This document shows, one piece after another, positions 50,097 to 60,667 of a DNA stretch of 64,000 nucleotides. Every line of letters begins with the position of its first letter. The stretch's first letter is position 1. Below the pieces are notes generated by a model that searched no databases, had not been told where the DNA came from, and was given only the letters and a program-made list of their open reading frames with translations. The stretch covers positions 1 to 64,000 of the IMG/VR virus record IMGVR_UViG_3300013094_000025; one strand, given 5' to 3'. A program made the translations under genes and the position numbers. Source of the stretch: a virus.

Positions 50097-51482
50097 ATGT
50101 CAACTCCAACAGGTGACTCAAGTCTAGGTGGTCAGATACCATACTTTTTAAGTAATTTTTTAAGTAAGCCTGCTAGTGCTTTACCTAAAGGAGCTCAATG
50201 GGTATTACATTTTTTAGGTAATGGTTATACAGGTAGTAATAATACGCCTCAGTTAATACCTACAGATGCTATTAAACTTGGTATAAGCTATGAACCTAAT
50301 GTAGCTAACTCTTGGAAAATACAACAAGCATTAGATTTAGTTACAACAAATGAGTACATAGAAACAAAAGGTTGTTTATTCGTACAAGCTGTACAAATAC
50401 CAGGTGAGGGCAATCAAGTTAATCCGGAAGGTTTAATGTTTAATGGGTATATTAGAGGTACAATAGGTGCTGGTAGAGAACCTTATAATGGTATGCAGAT
50501 AGTGTTTCTTGAAACAAATGTTAGTTTTGTTGATAATGTTATTAGACCCTGGACAATTGCTACATCTCATTTAGGTATGATTGCTAGACCTGGAGGAAGT
50601 AATTATCGTTGTAATATAGCTGTTTATAAACTCGGTGTTACCGATCAACAGTCCCCGCCAGTTATTTTACAAAAATATACTTTTTACGGAGCTTGTCCTA
50701 CAACTATTGACGGAGAAGAATATAACTACGCTGTTTCTAATACGCCTACTAATCGTAACACTACATTTACATATTATTATTATACGTTAGACACTATTTA
50801 CGATGGAGCTGAGTTTTTTATTAATAATAAAAATCCTAATGCTGATAGCAGTAGTAGCACAAGCCCTGATTACGGTAAGATAAAAGCTACTGAATCTATG
50901 GTTACACATGTACAGCCACATATACAAGCTACTGAATCTATGGTTACACATGTACAGCCACATATACAAGCTAGTACTCCTTCCTCTGATATAAAACACG
51001 GTTCATTAGAAATTCAACCTATAGCTCCTCAAGGAAGTCTTGTAGGAGAAATTTTACAAACAATATCTAATCTTATTATACCATTTAATTTCTTTACTCC
51101 TCCTTTAGAAACTTTTATAGTAGCACCAGAAATAATAACACCTAATCCGCCTCCTGTTATAGTACCACCTACAAGTACGGTCTCGAACACATCAAATACT
51201 ATAATAGCTGATACTGCTGTTACTTCAACAACGACTCCAACAATACAAGCTGATACTGTTGTACAGCCTTCTACAATATCTTCAATACAAGCTAATAACA
51301 AATCTGAGACAACAGTAACACCCACTATAATAGCACAAAATGAAACTGCTAATTTAGATAAATTAGCTAAACAAAATATTTTAAATATCGGAGTAACTTC
51401 TTCTCCACCAGTAGTAAAACCTATAGTTTTACAAACTATTTCTAGAGCTCAAGCTGAATCCCAAGTAGCTGTAAAAGTATAG
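50097..51482 (+). CDS. tube-fold baseplate/tail initiator (gp54-like) with Thr/Pro-rich extension
   Basis: VQIPGE, FLETN and FYGACPTTI tube-fold N-half; low-complexity C-half. Confidence 0.55.
   Translation: MSTPTGDSSLGGQIPYFLSNFLSKPASALPKGAQWVLHFLGNGYTGSNNTPQLIPTDAIKLGISYEPNVANSWKIQQALDLVTTNEYIETKGCLFVQAVQIPGEGNQVNPEGLMFNGYIRGTIGAGREPYNGMQIVFLETNVSFVDNVIRPWTIATSHLGMIARPGGSNYRCNIAVYKLGVTDQQSPPVILQKYTFYGACPTTIDGEEYNYAVSNTPTNRNTTFTYYYYTLDTIYDGAEFFINNKNPNADSSSSTSPDYGKIKATESMVTHVQPHIQATESMVTHVQPHIQASTPSSDIKHGSLEIQPIAPQGSLVGEILQTISNLIIPFNFFTPPLETFIVAPEIITPNPPPVIVPPTSTVSNTSNTIIADTAVTSTTTPTIQADTVVQPSTISSIQANNKSETTVTPTIIAQNETANLDKLAKQNILNIGVTSSPPVVKPIVLQTISRAQAESQVAVKV
50884..50973 (+). repeat. perfect 42 bp in-frame tandem duplication
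   Basis: AAGCTACTGAATCTATGGTTACACATGTACAGCCACATATAC twice (ATESMVTHVQPHIQ twice). Confidence 0.95.
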
Positions 51483-51513
51483 AATTTTTAACATACATTA
51501 TATAAGTTAATAG

Positions 51514-52455
51514 GTGAGTAGTTTTTTAAGCAAGATTAAAGTAAGTAATAGAATTCTTTATTGTAAAGAGTTAAAAGTAAAACATCATAAGCTTATTTTA
51601 AAAAGCCTTTTTGGAGATACTCCTGATTATGAATCAGTTTTTTACAATATAAATAATGTACTTGCTGAACTATCTAATTTAACTTTTGAAGAAATAAACA
51701 AGTTTAATATTATTGATTATTTTTTATTATTGTTTGAAATAAGAAGTTTGAGTATAGGTAGTAAAATTGCTGCTGAAACAACTGGAGAAAAAGTTATTAA
51801 GTTAACTTTAGATATTAATAAATTCTGTGATTGTTTAAAAAATATTAATATATTAGATTTATTATTACCTGAAACGATTGATGATTATACTTTTAGTTAC
51901 AAACTACCAACAATATTCGATATAGTTAATATAGATATTTCTTCTCAAGAAACAATATACAATTTATTTGTAAAGTCTTTAGCAGTAAAAGATACTTATA
52001 TTGATTTTACGCAATGCGATAGTGCTACGTCTATTAAAATTTTAGAATCATTACCAGCTAGAATTACATTCAATCTTAATAAACGATCTCAAAGTATAAT
52101 AACAAAATTCAATGATATTAATCTTCTTTCTTACTTACCCGGATTAAAAGATAAACAATTAATGTTTAATTTTAACATTGATAATTTAGGTACTATACTC
52201 AAATTGCTATTTGGTGAACAATTATTAACACTATATGTCAATATTTTTAATTTATGTAGAATAGGTAATCTAACACCTGAGTATATTGAAAACTGTACAC
52301 CTGGGGAATATATACTTTTTACAAAAAAAATAGAAGAATTACAACAAATTAATAAAGCATCTCAACTTGAAAATGTGAATATACCTACAAACTCGTTTGG
52401 TTACCCTGATATACCTCCTCAAGTATCAAGATCAGAATCTCCTTCTAAAGGTTGA
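51514..52455 (+). CDS. baseplate hub assembly protein (gp26/gp51-like)
   Basis: KELKVK, IIDYFLLLFEIRSLSIG and LTPEYIENCTPGE patterns. Confidence 0.6.
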   Translation: MSSFLSKIKVSNRILYCKELKVKHHKLILKSLFGDTPDYESVFYNINNVLAELSNLTFEEINKFNIIDYFLLLFEIRSLSIGSKIAAETTGEKVIKLTLDINKFCDCLKNINILDLLLPETIDDYTFSYKLPTIFDIVNIDISSQETIYNLFVKSLAVKDTYIDFTQCDSATSIKILESLPARITFNLNKRSQSIITKFNDINLLSYLPGLKDKQLMFNFNIDNLGTILKLLFGEQLLTLYVNIFNLCRIGNLTPEYIENCTPGEYILFTKKIEELQQINKASQLENVNIPTNSFGYPDIPPQVSRSESPSKG

Positions 52456-52485
52456 TAAGAGCAAGTTCTATTGTTAAATATAGCT

Positions 52486-53304
52486 ATGAATGAGGCTAGT
52501 AAAGTTATTGAACTGTTAAAAGAATTAGAATTAAAAACATCATTTACTGTATATATTCCTTCTTTACAAAGAGAGGTACCATTTAAGCAATTAACAACAG
52601 AGCAGCTTAAAAGAATACTTAAAACCGCTCTTGTAGCTCCTATCTATAATACAGATTTTATCTTAACGTTTAATAATATTATTCGAGAAAATTGTCTAGA
52701 TAAATCTATTAACGTAAACACTTTAACCATTTATGATAAAGTTCTTATTACTTATAAAACAAAAATAGTAAGCATATCCCCTGAGTATACATTTAATTTT
52801 ACTGAAAACGAAATAGGCACATATCTTTTACAAGAAACAAATAAGACAATCGACCTTACTGATATTTTTAATAATTTTATAGATAAAAAAATAGTATTTG
52901 AACCTAAAACTATTAGTGATGATAACTGTACGGTTATTTGTAATATCCCGACACTTTTAACAGAAGATAAGTTAGAAAAAGAAATACATAAAGATATCGT
53001 ATTAGATTTTGATTACGAAAAAGAAATAAACAAAATAATAGGAGAAGCATTTGTTAGTGAAATAACAAAATACGTTATCTCTATTAGTATAGGAGACACT
53101 AGTGTCGATTTATTACAAATACCTTTTAAAGATAGAATAAGCATTATTGAAAGCTTACCAATTAATGTCACAGGTGAGATATTAAAATATATAGAAAACT
53201 ATAAAGAAGCTATTGAACCGCTTCAGTCTTATTTGTTTGTAACAGATAAAGGTTTAACGTTTAAAAAAGATATTCTTTTAGATCCTACGTTCTTTAATAT
53301 TTAA
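52486..53304 (+). CDS. baseplate hub assembly protein (gp26-like)
   Basis: VYIPSLQREVPFKQLTTEQLK and IIESLP; baseplate context. Confidence 0.6.
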   Translation: MNEASKVIELLKELELKTSFTVYIPSLQREVPFKQLTTEQLKRILKTALVAPIYNTDFILTFNNIIRENCLDKSINVNTLTIYDKVLITYKTKIVSISPEYTFNFTENEIGTYLLQETNKTIDLTDIFNNFIDKKIVFEPKTISDDNCTVICNIPTLLTEDKLEKEIHKDIVLDFDYEKEINKIIGEAFVSEITKYVISISIGDTSVDLLQIPFKDRISIIESLPINVTGEILKYIENYKEAIEPLQSYLFVTDKGLTFKKDILLDPTFFNI

Positions 53305-53338
53305 AACCTAAAACTATCTTCTTAAATAATATAAGGAG

Positions 53339-55117
53339 ATGGACACAAATAAATTATCACCTAAAGTAGAAGCTTTTCTAGAAAAATATCTAGAGGAGTC
53401 CTTATTACCTATATTTGTTAAGCATTTTACTAAATCAGTAGAAAGTAGTCTCGCTACAACAAAAAAAGCTTCTCTAGCTGAGCGCTTCAATGAACAAGGA
53501 GGTTTATTTGGCATAGCTGGAAACTTGTTAAAAAATTCGTATAACAAGTATAAAGATAAAAAAGCAAATAAAGATATTAATGCTTCAACTGCTACAGAGC
53601 AACCTAAAGATGATAACACTTTAAAAACAGTTGATAATACTAATATTAATACTGCTGTTCCTGAGCAAGTAAAAGCAGTTGCAGAACCAGTAGCTACTAC
53701 TGATGCTCCAAAAGGTAAAAAGCATCTTATTAAAGATGATAATATATCCGTTATGATTGGCGGTATCTCTGTAAAAGGAGTTCAAAATTTAAGAAGATCT
53801 TTACCATTAGTTTTTAAACCTATTTTAGATGATTTTTTCAAACGCTTAGGTAGTACAGAATTAAAAACAAATATTAAACAAACAGCTGCAGCTCCCGCTA
53901 AAGATGATAGCGGTCAAGATAATGGACTTTTAGGCGCTGCTTGGGACTTTTTCAAAAAGAAAAAAGGTACTGTAGCAGGAGATTTTGCAAGAAATCGTAA
54001 AGCAGCTCAATTACGTAAAGCTCGCGCTCTACGTACAACAGAAAATACATTAAAGACAACAGCTACTACAACAAGTAAAGAGGCAGTAGAAGTAGGAGCT
54101 AAAACTGTAGGAAAAGAAGCTGTAGAATCAGGAATTAAATCTGTTGGTACTGAAGCTGTAGAATCAGGAATTAAATCTGTTGGTACTGAAGCTGTAGAAT
54201 CAGGAGCTAAAGTAGCTGCTGAATCTGGAGGTAAAAATGTTTTAAAGCAAGCAACAGGTAAGATAGGTAAAGTAGCTTCTTTAGCTGCTGCAGCTGGAGG
54301 CTCAGTAAAAAGTAAAATTGCTGAATCTATAGCTAAAAGAATACCAAAAGCAATGGCAGGGGCTATAGGTAAATCGATACCGTTTTTAGGAGAATTAGTA
54401 GGAGCTGGGTTTGCCGTTAGTCGTTTACTAAAAGGGGATTATGTAGGAGCAGGATTAGAGGCAGTCTCAGGTTTAGGTTCAGCTGCTACAGCTATTCCTG
54501 CTACTGCACTTTTAACTGCAAAAGATGTTTACGAAGATGCTTATGGTGTTAAACCTGAATCTGATCCTAAGGTAGGAGAAAGATTTACTGAAATAAAAGA
54601 TGCTACAACCAAAGCTGCAACAGATTTTGTTAAAGGGGTTGGAGAAAAAAATAAACCAAAAGAGGAACCTAAGAAAGATAATAATACAGCAGCTACTGTT
54701 ACACCAACTACCGGTTCAACACCTACAGAGACTGATGTAACTGCTGCCCCTGTCTCTACCACAAATACACCTCCTGCTTCTACTCCAGACATAGCCGCTA
54801 CAACTTCTCCTGCTGTACAGCCCTCAGTACCTAGCGTACAGCCAGTTCCTACCCCTACCCCTACTTCACCTACATCAACAGGTACAGATAACGGACATGT
54901 GCTTAACGATATATCTGACCATACTAGTAAAACAAACGATCTTTTGGGTGCGTTAACTCAAGCAATAATGAAGCTAGCTCAAAAACCTATGGGAGCAGTT
55001 GCTAATAATAGTAGTGTATCTGTAGGAGGACAATCTTCACCTCAACCTTCAGCTTCAGAAATTATGGCTAATAATAGTGACCCTATTAGATCAGTAAGAT
55101 CAAAATACGGATCTTAA
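53339..55117 (+). CDS. tape-measure/gp29-like tail protein
   Basis: Ala/Gly/Lys-rich with KSIPFLG...GDYVGAGLEAVSG segment; lies between hub and gp48-like genes. Confidence 0.55.
   Translation: MDTNKLSPKVEAFLEKYLEESLLPIFVKHFTKSVESSLATTKKASLAERFNEQGGLFGIAGNLLKNSYNKYKDKKANKDINASTATEQPKDDNTLKTVDNTNINTAVPEQVKAVAEPVATTDAPKGKKHLIKDDNISVMIGGISVKGVQNLRRSLPLVFKPILDDFFKRLGSTELKTNIKQTAAAPAKDDSGQDNGLLGAAWDFFKKKKGTVAGDFARNRKAAQLRKARALRTTENTLKTTATTTSKEAVEVGAKTVGKEAVESGIKSVGTEAVESGIKSVGTEAVESGAKVAAESGGKNVLKQATGKIGKVASLAAAAGGSVKSKIAESIAKRIPKAMAGAIGKSIPFLGELVGAGFAVSRLLKGDYVGAGLEAVSGLGSAATAIPATALLTAKDVYEDAYGVKPESDPKVGERFTEIKDATTKAATDFVKGVGEKNKPKEEPKKDNNTAATVTPTTGSTPTETDVTAAPVSTTNTPPASTPDIAATTSPAVQPSVPSVQPVPTPTPTSPTSTGTDNGHVLNDISDHTSKTNDLLGALTQAIMKLAQKPMGAVANNSSVSVGGQSSPQPSASEIMANNSDPIRSVRSKYGS
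54116..54205 (+). repeat. 36 bp in-frame tandem repeat, 2.5 copies
   Basis: GAAGCTGTAGAATCAGGAATTAAATCTGTTGGTACT repeated (EAVESGIKSVGT), flanked by degenerate copies. Confidence 0.93.
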
Positions 55118-55129
55118 ATATTATAGTAT

Positions 55130-56176
55130 ATGGCTCAAAGTACATCTCCTTCAGCAATGTTTAATAATGCAAATAGTAACGCAGTTACATCTACTATTGG
55201 ACCAGCTAAAGATAATGCTAATAATGTTGTTATTAACAATTCAGATCAACCATGGGATGTTGTTAGTAAATATACCTGGACATTAACTCCTCCTTCTTCC
55301 CCCGCTATAGCTGAAACTCCTTATATACTTTTAACTGAATATAAAGTAGATGAAGCTTTTATTAAACAACAAATTTCTAATTTTTTAAATAATTCTAAAG
55401 ATATTATAGGCGATACATATCAAGGAATTAAAAATGTTTTTACATATAAAACAACATATAAAAAAGATCCCGATCCGTTAGCCCCTTATAAATCTTTATA
55501 TAAAAAAGATCAGTCAACAAAAACTAATAATATATACAAATTTCCTTATTTTGATGATATTAATTTTGAAATTAATACATCTCCTTGGGAATCAATAGAT
55601 GCTTTAGGATCTGCAGGGAGTATAGGAGGTGAGCTTTCTAAAGTTGCTTTTGGTAAAAATGCAGACAAAGTTAATAATTTTGCAAGCGGTGTTACAAAAC
55701 TTGGTTCTGCTGCGTTAGCTTTTTCTTCTCCTAAGGTAGGTGTAGCTGATCGTCCTAAACTATGGTCTTCCCATTCTCCAAGAACAATTAATATTAAATT
55801 TCCATTGTTTAATACGCAAAGTCCTGATGATTGGGAAAAAAATAGAAACTTATGTAAATTATTAATCAATCAAAATTTATTTCAAAAAATTGATACGGTA
55901 AGTAATATACCCCCTGTATTTTACGAATTAGTTATTCCAGGACAACATTACAGTTATGCTTCTGCTGTAAGTAAATTAACTATTAATAATAGAGGAAATA
56001 TGCGCTCTTTAGTAGATAGTAAAGGACAAGTTTGTGTAGTACCAGACGCTTATGAAGTAAATATGACATTAGAAGATCTTGTTATGCCTAGTCAAAATTT
56101 ATTCGGAGCAATTGATAGTGTATCTAAACAAGTAACAACATCTATACGAACAGCTCAACAAGCTATAAAAAAATAA
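55130..56176 (+). CDS. baseplate tail-tube cap (gp48-like)
   Basis: RTINIKFPLFNT, PPVFYEL and PDAYEVNMTLEDL tube-fold pattern; upstream of the gp53-like gene. Confidence 0.55.
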   Translation: MAQSTSPSAMFNNANSNAVTSTIGPAKDNANNVVINNSDQPWDVVSKYTWTLTPPSSPAIAETPYILLTEYKVDEAFIKQQISNFLNNSKDIIGDTYQGIKNVFTYKTTYKKDPDPLAPYKSLYKKDQSTKTNNIYKFPYFDDINFEINTSPWESIDALGSAGSIGGELSKVAFGKNADKVNNFASGVTKLGSAALAFSSPKVGVADRPKLWSSHSPRTINIKFPLFNTQSPDDWEKNRNLCKLLINQNLFQKIDTVSNIPPVFYELVIPGQHYSYASAVSKLTINNRGNMRSLVDSKGQVCVVPDAYEVNMTLEDLVMPSQNLFGAIDSVSKQVTTSIRTAQQAIKK

Positions 56177-56179
56177 TAT

Positions 56180-56536
56180 ATGAATCAAAATAGTATTCAG
56201 ACTTTACCTTCTCTAACAGACGAAAATTACGAACAAATTTTTAATGTCTACCAAGATAATAATGGGTATTATTACTATAATTTACTTCAATCGGTAATTA
56301 TACCAGCTAATTTACCTCCAGGTTTTTATACAAAATATAACGTTGTAAACGGAGATACTTGGCCTTATATATCTTATAAGAATTATAATACTCCTAATCT
56401 TTGGTGGGTTATATTAAATTCTAATAATATTATTGATCCTACCTCCATACCTACCCCAGGTACTTCTCTTTATATTTTAGATTCTAATATAGTTTCTCAA
56501 ATATTAAACAAGATTGCTAATTCTATTAATCAATAA
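56180..56536 (+). CDS. baseplate wedge protein, gp53/LysM-like
   Basis: GDTWPYISYKNYNTPNLWWVILNSNNIIDP motif. Confidence 0.8.
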   Translation: MNQNSIQTLPSLTDENYEQIFNVYQDNNGYYYYNLLQSVIIPANLPPGFYTKYNVVNGDTWPYISYKNYNTPNLWWVILNSNNIIDPTSIPTPGTSLYILDSNIVSQILNKIANSINQ

Positions 56537-56537
56537 G

Positions 56538-58250
56538 ATGAATGTAGTACAATCAGCTGTTTTTCAGTCAAAATTTAATCAATTAGATTATGAAGTTGAA
56601 ATTTATTTAGATAACGGTGTTGATCAGTTTCCAATTAACTCTAATGCTATTATCTCTTTAGATATTGAAGAGTCTTTATCAAATTGGCTTGTAGGAGGTA
56701 CTTTATCTTTTTTATACGACCCAGAAGCAGGTGCAAATGCTTTTAGCAAAGTTACTGGTCAAGTAGCTAACGCTACAACAAACGTTAACGAAAATTCTCT
56801 TAAACCTTTTTATGTTTTTAGAAACGATGGAAGTGATTTATTACGTGTTAGGCTAATACCTAAAATACAAAATAAAAATAATGCAGCAGCTAATAGTGAT
56901 CTACCCGATAATATTGATAAGGTAATGTGGACACTCTCTTATCTTTTCTCTGTTTATGATGCTGAAGATGTAGATAAGCTTCCAGGTATAACAGGCTCAG
57001 CGTCGGCAACAATGAAAGGGCTAAAATTATATTTTTGGGATTTTTGGTATCAAAAAATGTCTACAAATACATTAGAGTATTCTACTGGTCTCTCTCCTCT
57101 TGCTACTACTGATCAAAATACCCCAGGTACAAATTTCTATAATTCAGCTACCATACCTACTGGTATGGCTATTAAAGAAATTATTGAGCAATCTTTAAGT
57201 GATATTAAACAAACAAATAACGCTCAAAATTCATCTACTAATTGGACCACACCATATATTAATTACGACCCTGTAGGAAGTGGTAAAGACTGGGATCAAG
57301 GTGGTGGAGAAATATTTTTTACAGCACCTGCAGAGTCAACAGCTGCTGAATGTTTGGATTACGTTTATAGTTATCACGTAAGTGGAGATTTAGACGCTGG
57401 AGGTACAACAAATATACCTAGAGATTTTTGTATATTAACTAAAGAAAGAGGTCCTACAGAATTAGATATTGGTTATTTTTCTTTAAAGCCCTTAGCTTCT
57501 TATTATGAAAAAGCGGGTAAAACAGAAACTGCTCCAGGTGAATACCAATACGAACATTTTTACTTACAGACATACTCTGATCCAAATAAAAGACCAGGTG
57601 CTAAAAAACAGAGAGGTCCTACTGCTATAGGTAATAGTAATAAAGTAGATATGAAATTAATGAAATATAATATGATAACGAATTATCGTTTCGTAGATAT
57701 ATCTGCTCTTACTAACAGTCAACAATTTTGTACAACCCCTGTTTACTCATTTAATTTTAAAAATCGACAATATAAAGTTGAATTTGAAACAAATTCAGTA
57801 ACAACAGCTAGAACGTTTATAGATAATAATTACATAAACAACTTATACACATCAGGGGGTCAAGGTAGAGCAGCTGAAGGATTATTTTTAGTAACATTAA
57901 ATCAAGATAAACAGAGTAAAGATATTAAACCGGTTTATTCACTTTATGGAGATAATTCTGTCTTAAGACAAGCAAGCGGTTTACAAAAACTTCTCCGCAC
58001 AGGTATCTATCAAAACGCCTGTGTACATTTTCGTACCTTAGGGTTACCCTTTAGACGTGTAGGTAGATTTATATCTATTGATAAAACTGAAGGAGTTGAA
58101 TCTAGCGCATATGCTGATAAATTTTATGGTCAGTGGTTTGTTATTGATATTAAACATATCTTTGAACCAGGTGTTTATTATAATGATATTACCGCTGTAA
58201 AGATAAACCGCTTTAAACCTCTTGATCCAATATTTCCTAATACTATATAA
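56538..58250 (+). CDS. baseplate hub protein (gp27/VgrG-like)
   Basis: LDIEESL..W..G.L N-terminus; GLPFRRVGRFI...GQWFVIDIKHIF C-terminus. Confidence 0.65.
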   Translation: MNVVQSAVFQSKFNQLDYEVEIYLDNGVDQFPINSNAIISLDIEESLSNWLVGGTLSFLYDPEAGANAFSKVTGQVANATTNVNENSLKPFYVFRNDGSDLLRVRLIPKIQNKNNAAANSDLPDNIDKVMWTLSYLFSVYDAEDVDKLPGITGSASATMKGLKLYFWDFWYQKMSTNTLEYSTGLSPLATTDQNTPGTNFYNSATIPTGMAIKEIIEQSLSDIKQTNNAQNSSTNWTTPYINYDPVGSGKDWDQGGGEIFFTAPAESTAAECLDYVYSYHVSGDLDAGGTTNIPRDFCILTKERGPTELDIGYFSLKPLASYYEKAGKTETAPGEYQYEHFYLQTYSDPNKRPGAKKQRGPTAIGNSNKVDMKLMKYNMITNYRFVDISALTNSQQFCTTPVYSFNFKNRQYKVEFETNSVTTARTFIDNNYINNLYTSGGQGRAAEGLFLVTLNQDKQSKDIKPVYSLYGDNSVLRQASGLQKLLRTGIYQNACVHFRTLGLPFRRVGRFISIDKTEGVESSAYADKFYGQWFVIDIKHIFEPGVYYNDITAVKINRFKPLDPIFPNTI

Positions 58251-58486
58251 TGAAAAATTATTTTACTAATATTGATTTAGTTAATGGTGCTTTTGTAGGT
58301 ATTGTTTATGATGCTAACAGTAACGCTGAAGTTTACAAGACTTCTTCATACGGAGATCATACTCATGCTCTTCAAGATATAAACAACTTTTTACAATCAT
58401 CTAATACCCCTTTAGATGAGCTTACACCTACTACAAACACTATTCAGTACGTTACTGTCCCAACCCGCAAATGTTGCGGAGGTTAA
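58250..58486 (+). CDS. small hypothetical protein ending RKCCGG
   Basis: TAATG overlap with the hub gene; convergent overlap with the clamp loader gene. Confidence 0.55.
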   Translation: MKNYFTNIDLVNGAFVGIVYDANSNAEVYKTSSYGDHTHALQDINNFLQSSNTPLDELTPTTNTIQYVTVPTRKCCGG

Positions 58487-59375
58487 TACAACAACTAAAC
58501 CAATTAATCTCTTTGTCAACGACGATAGCGTCTTTGTACATATATTCTGATATAACTAAAAGAGTATTACTATTGTCACCAGCACTAAACAATACTTCAA
58601 ACATTTCCTTTAAAAGCTGTAAGTAATCACCAGAAAACTCTTGCTCTCGTTCAATAACAAACTTACGTAGTTCGGTTAAGTCAACGTTACCTTTAATCTT
58701 TTGAACTACCTTTTCAGCAATACCCTTTACCTGATTATCCTTGATAATCAAAGTACCAGTATAAGAGAACTTTTGAATATCATTTATTACACGTCGAAGA
58801 TCGGGATACCCGCTTCTAACTAGTTCTACCAGTCTATTCTTCTCTTCTTCAGGAACCACGATGTTCTGTTGTTTAAGGACATAGACAACCCTATTTAAAA
58901 CGCCGTTCAGAGGAGGAGTTAGATTAAAGATCTGACATCTAGATTGAAGAGCAGGTATTACTTTAAATAGATAGTTACAAGTAAAGATAAAACGTGTATT
59001 AGTAGAATACTCTTCAATAACATTACGAAGAGCTTTTTGAGAGTCTAATGACAATGCATCACACTCGTCAAAGAGAACTACCTTTAATCTACCATCTAAA
59101 GACTTCGTAGAAGAGAAACCAATAACTTTACTTCTAATAGTATCAATACCATTTTCGTCAGAAGCGTTAATATAAAGATACTGACAATCTAAAATATCAT
59201 TAACAATAATCTTAGCTAAAGAAGTTTTACCTGTTCCAGGACTACCTGCAAAAAGAAGATTAGGAATTTCTTCCTTCTCTTTTAAAGAAGCAAAATAATC
59301 CTTCTCTTCTTTATTTAGAACAATATCATCCAGTGTCTTAGGACGATATTTTTCTACCAGTAGCTCTTGGAACAT
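58452..59375 (-). CDS. clamp loader ATPase, gp44/RFC-like
   Basis: VEKYRPKTL, GSPGTGKTS, INASDE, DECD, LQSRC and DLRR motifs. Confidence 0.93.
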   Translation of the reverse strand: MFQELLVEKYRPKTLDDIVLNKEEKDYFASLKEKEEIPNLLFAGSPGTGKTSLAKIIVNDILDCQYLYINASDENGIDTIRSKVIGFSSTKSLDGRLKVVLFDECDALSLDSQKALRNVIEEYSTNTRFIFTCNYLFKVIPALQSRCQIFNLTPPLNGVLNRVVYVLKQQNIVVPEEEKNRLVELVRSGYPDLRRVINDIQKFSYTGTLIIKDNQVKGIAEKVVQKIKGNVDLTELRKFVIEREQEFSGDYLQLLKEMFEVLFSAGDNSNTLLVISEYMYKDAIVVDKEINWFSCCINLRNICGLGQ

Positions 59376-59390
59376 GAAGCTATTATACAC

Positions 59391-59873
59391 TTACTTGCCG
59401 CTACTGCCAGTACCCTTATTACCTCGATCTGTAACAGTCACTTCATCTGCAAAAGATGTTTCCATATTAACAAGCGGGTAAAAAGCTATTTGTGCAACCC
59501 GATCCCCTTTTTTAAAAGTATAATCTTTATCACTGAAATTATAAATTTGTACGTCTAACGAACCTCTATAACCTGAATCTATTACACCTAAATGAGGTTG
59601 TAATTGATGTTTAAATCCTAAGCCGCTTCTAGGTAAAATAAGATACCAATAACCCGGGGTAATATCAGCAACTTGTAATCCTACAGGTACAATACCATGA
59701 AGTCGAGAGTAAATAACTGTATCTTCAACACAATATAAATCATACCCGGTATCAGTTTTATGCGCTTTTGTAGGTAGTTGTGCATCATTATGCGTTTTTA
59801 CAAATTTAATAAAAGGTTTATTATTGTTAACAATGCCTACCGAGGTAGAATAAGTATTATAAGATGAAAGCAT
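59391..59873 (-). CDS. dut: trimeric dUTPase (start uncertain)
   Basis: GYDL, PRSGL, GVIDSGYRG, GDRVAQ and RGNKGTGSSG motifs. Confidence 0.92.
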   Translation of the reverse strand: MLSSYNTYSTSVGIVNNNKPFIKFVKTHNDAQLPTKAHKTDTGYDLYCVEDTVIYSRLHGIVPVGLQVADITPGYWYLILPRSGLGFKHQLQPHLGVIDSGYRGSLDVQIYNFSDKDYTFKKGDRVAQIAFYPLVNMETSFADEVTVTDRGNKGTGSSGK

Positions 59874-60667
59874 ATACGTACATTATAGTTAGAATTAATA
59901 AATTGCCAGGTCCAAAATTTTATTTCGGTTATAAAACAATTAAAAAAGATAACGGGCACTACTACGGTAGTAGTAAATACCTTAAAGAAGATATACAAAA
60001 ATACGGTATACAATGTTTTAAAAAACCTGTTGTTCACTATTATGAAACAGAAAAAGAAGCTCTCGAGGCTGAAGAAAAATATCTATACAAAGTTAATGCG
60101 TCTAAGAATCCTAATTTTTATAACCGTATTAATGGCAACGCTAAATGGACAACAGTAAATACGGTATATTCACCTGAACAATATAAAAAATCTCACTACA
60201 AAATTTTTTTAAAAGGCGATCAACGAACAGAAGCTCAAAAAAAAGGTGCAAAAACAAAATACAAAAAAGGAAGATCTGCTGAAAGGATCAACGCCGATAA
60301 AGAGCATAGTGAAAGAATGAAAGGTAGAAGATTGCCTGAAATAGCTCTTATACGCTCTAGAGAGACACAATTAAAAAATCGCGATCTAATTAATGAAAAA
60401 TTAAGAAAACAGTGTTTAGGTAAAACAAAAGAAAACAATGAAGGTCGAAAAATTACTTCTGAAAAATTAAAAGGTAATCAAAATGGTCGCAAAGGAGATC
60501 TAAAACTTGCAAATATGACTGAGCAAGAATTTACAAACTTTCTAGCAACGAAGAGTCAACATCCAAACGTACAACAAATGCTTAAAACAAGAAGAAACAA
60601 CGCTTTAACTTTTTTACAAACAGGTGTATGGGGTACATACAAGAGACGTAAAGTTTCTATTCGTTGA
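59864..60667 (+). mobile_element. Seg-like (degenerate GIY-YIG) homing endonuclease, antisense to its neighbours
   Basis: YTYII...FYFG, YYGSS, EALEAEE and FYN motifs; basic DNA-binding tail. Confidence 0.72.

Noticed and set aside
50884-54205. Direct repeats as a CRISPR array
   Set aside because: The repeats abut with no spacers, are multiples of 3 and lie in coding frames.
59864-60667. Group I intron around either endonuclease (also 7496..8152)
   Set aside because: Both ORFs overlap their neighbours and leave no non-coding room for a ribozyme core; flanking genes are not split.
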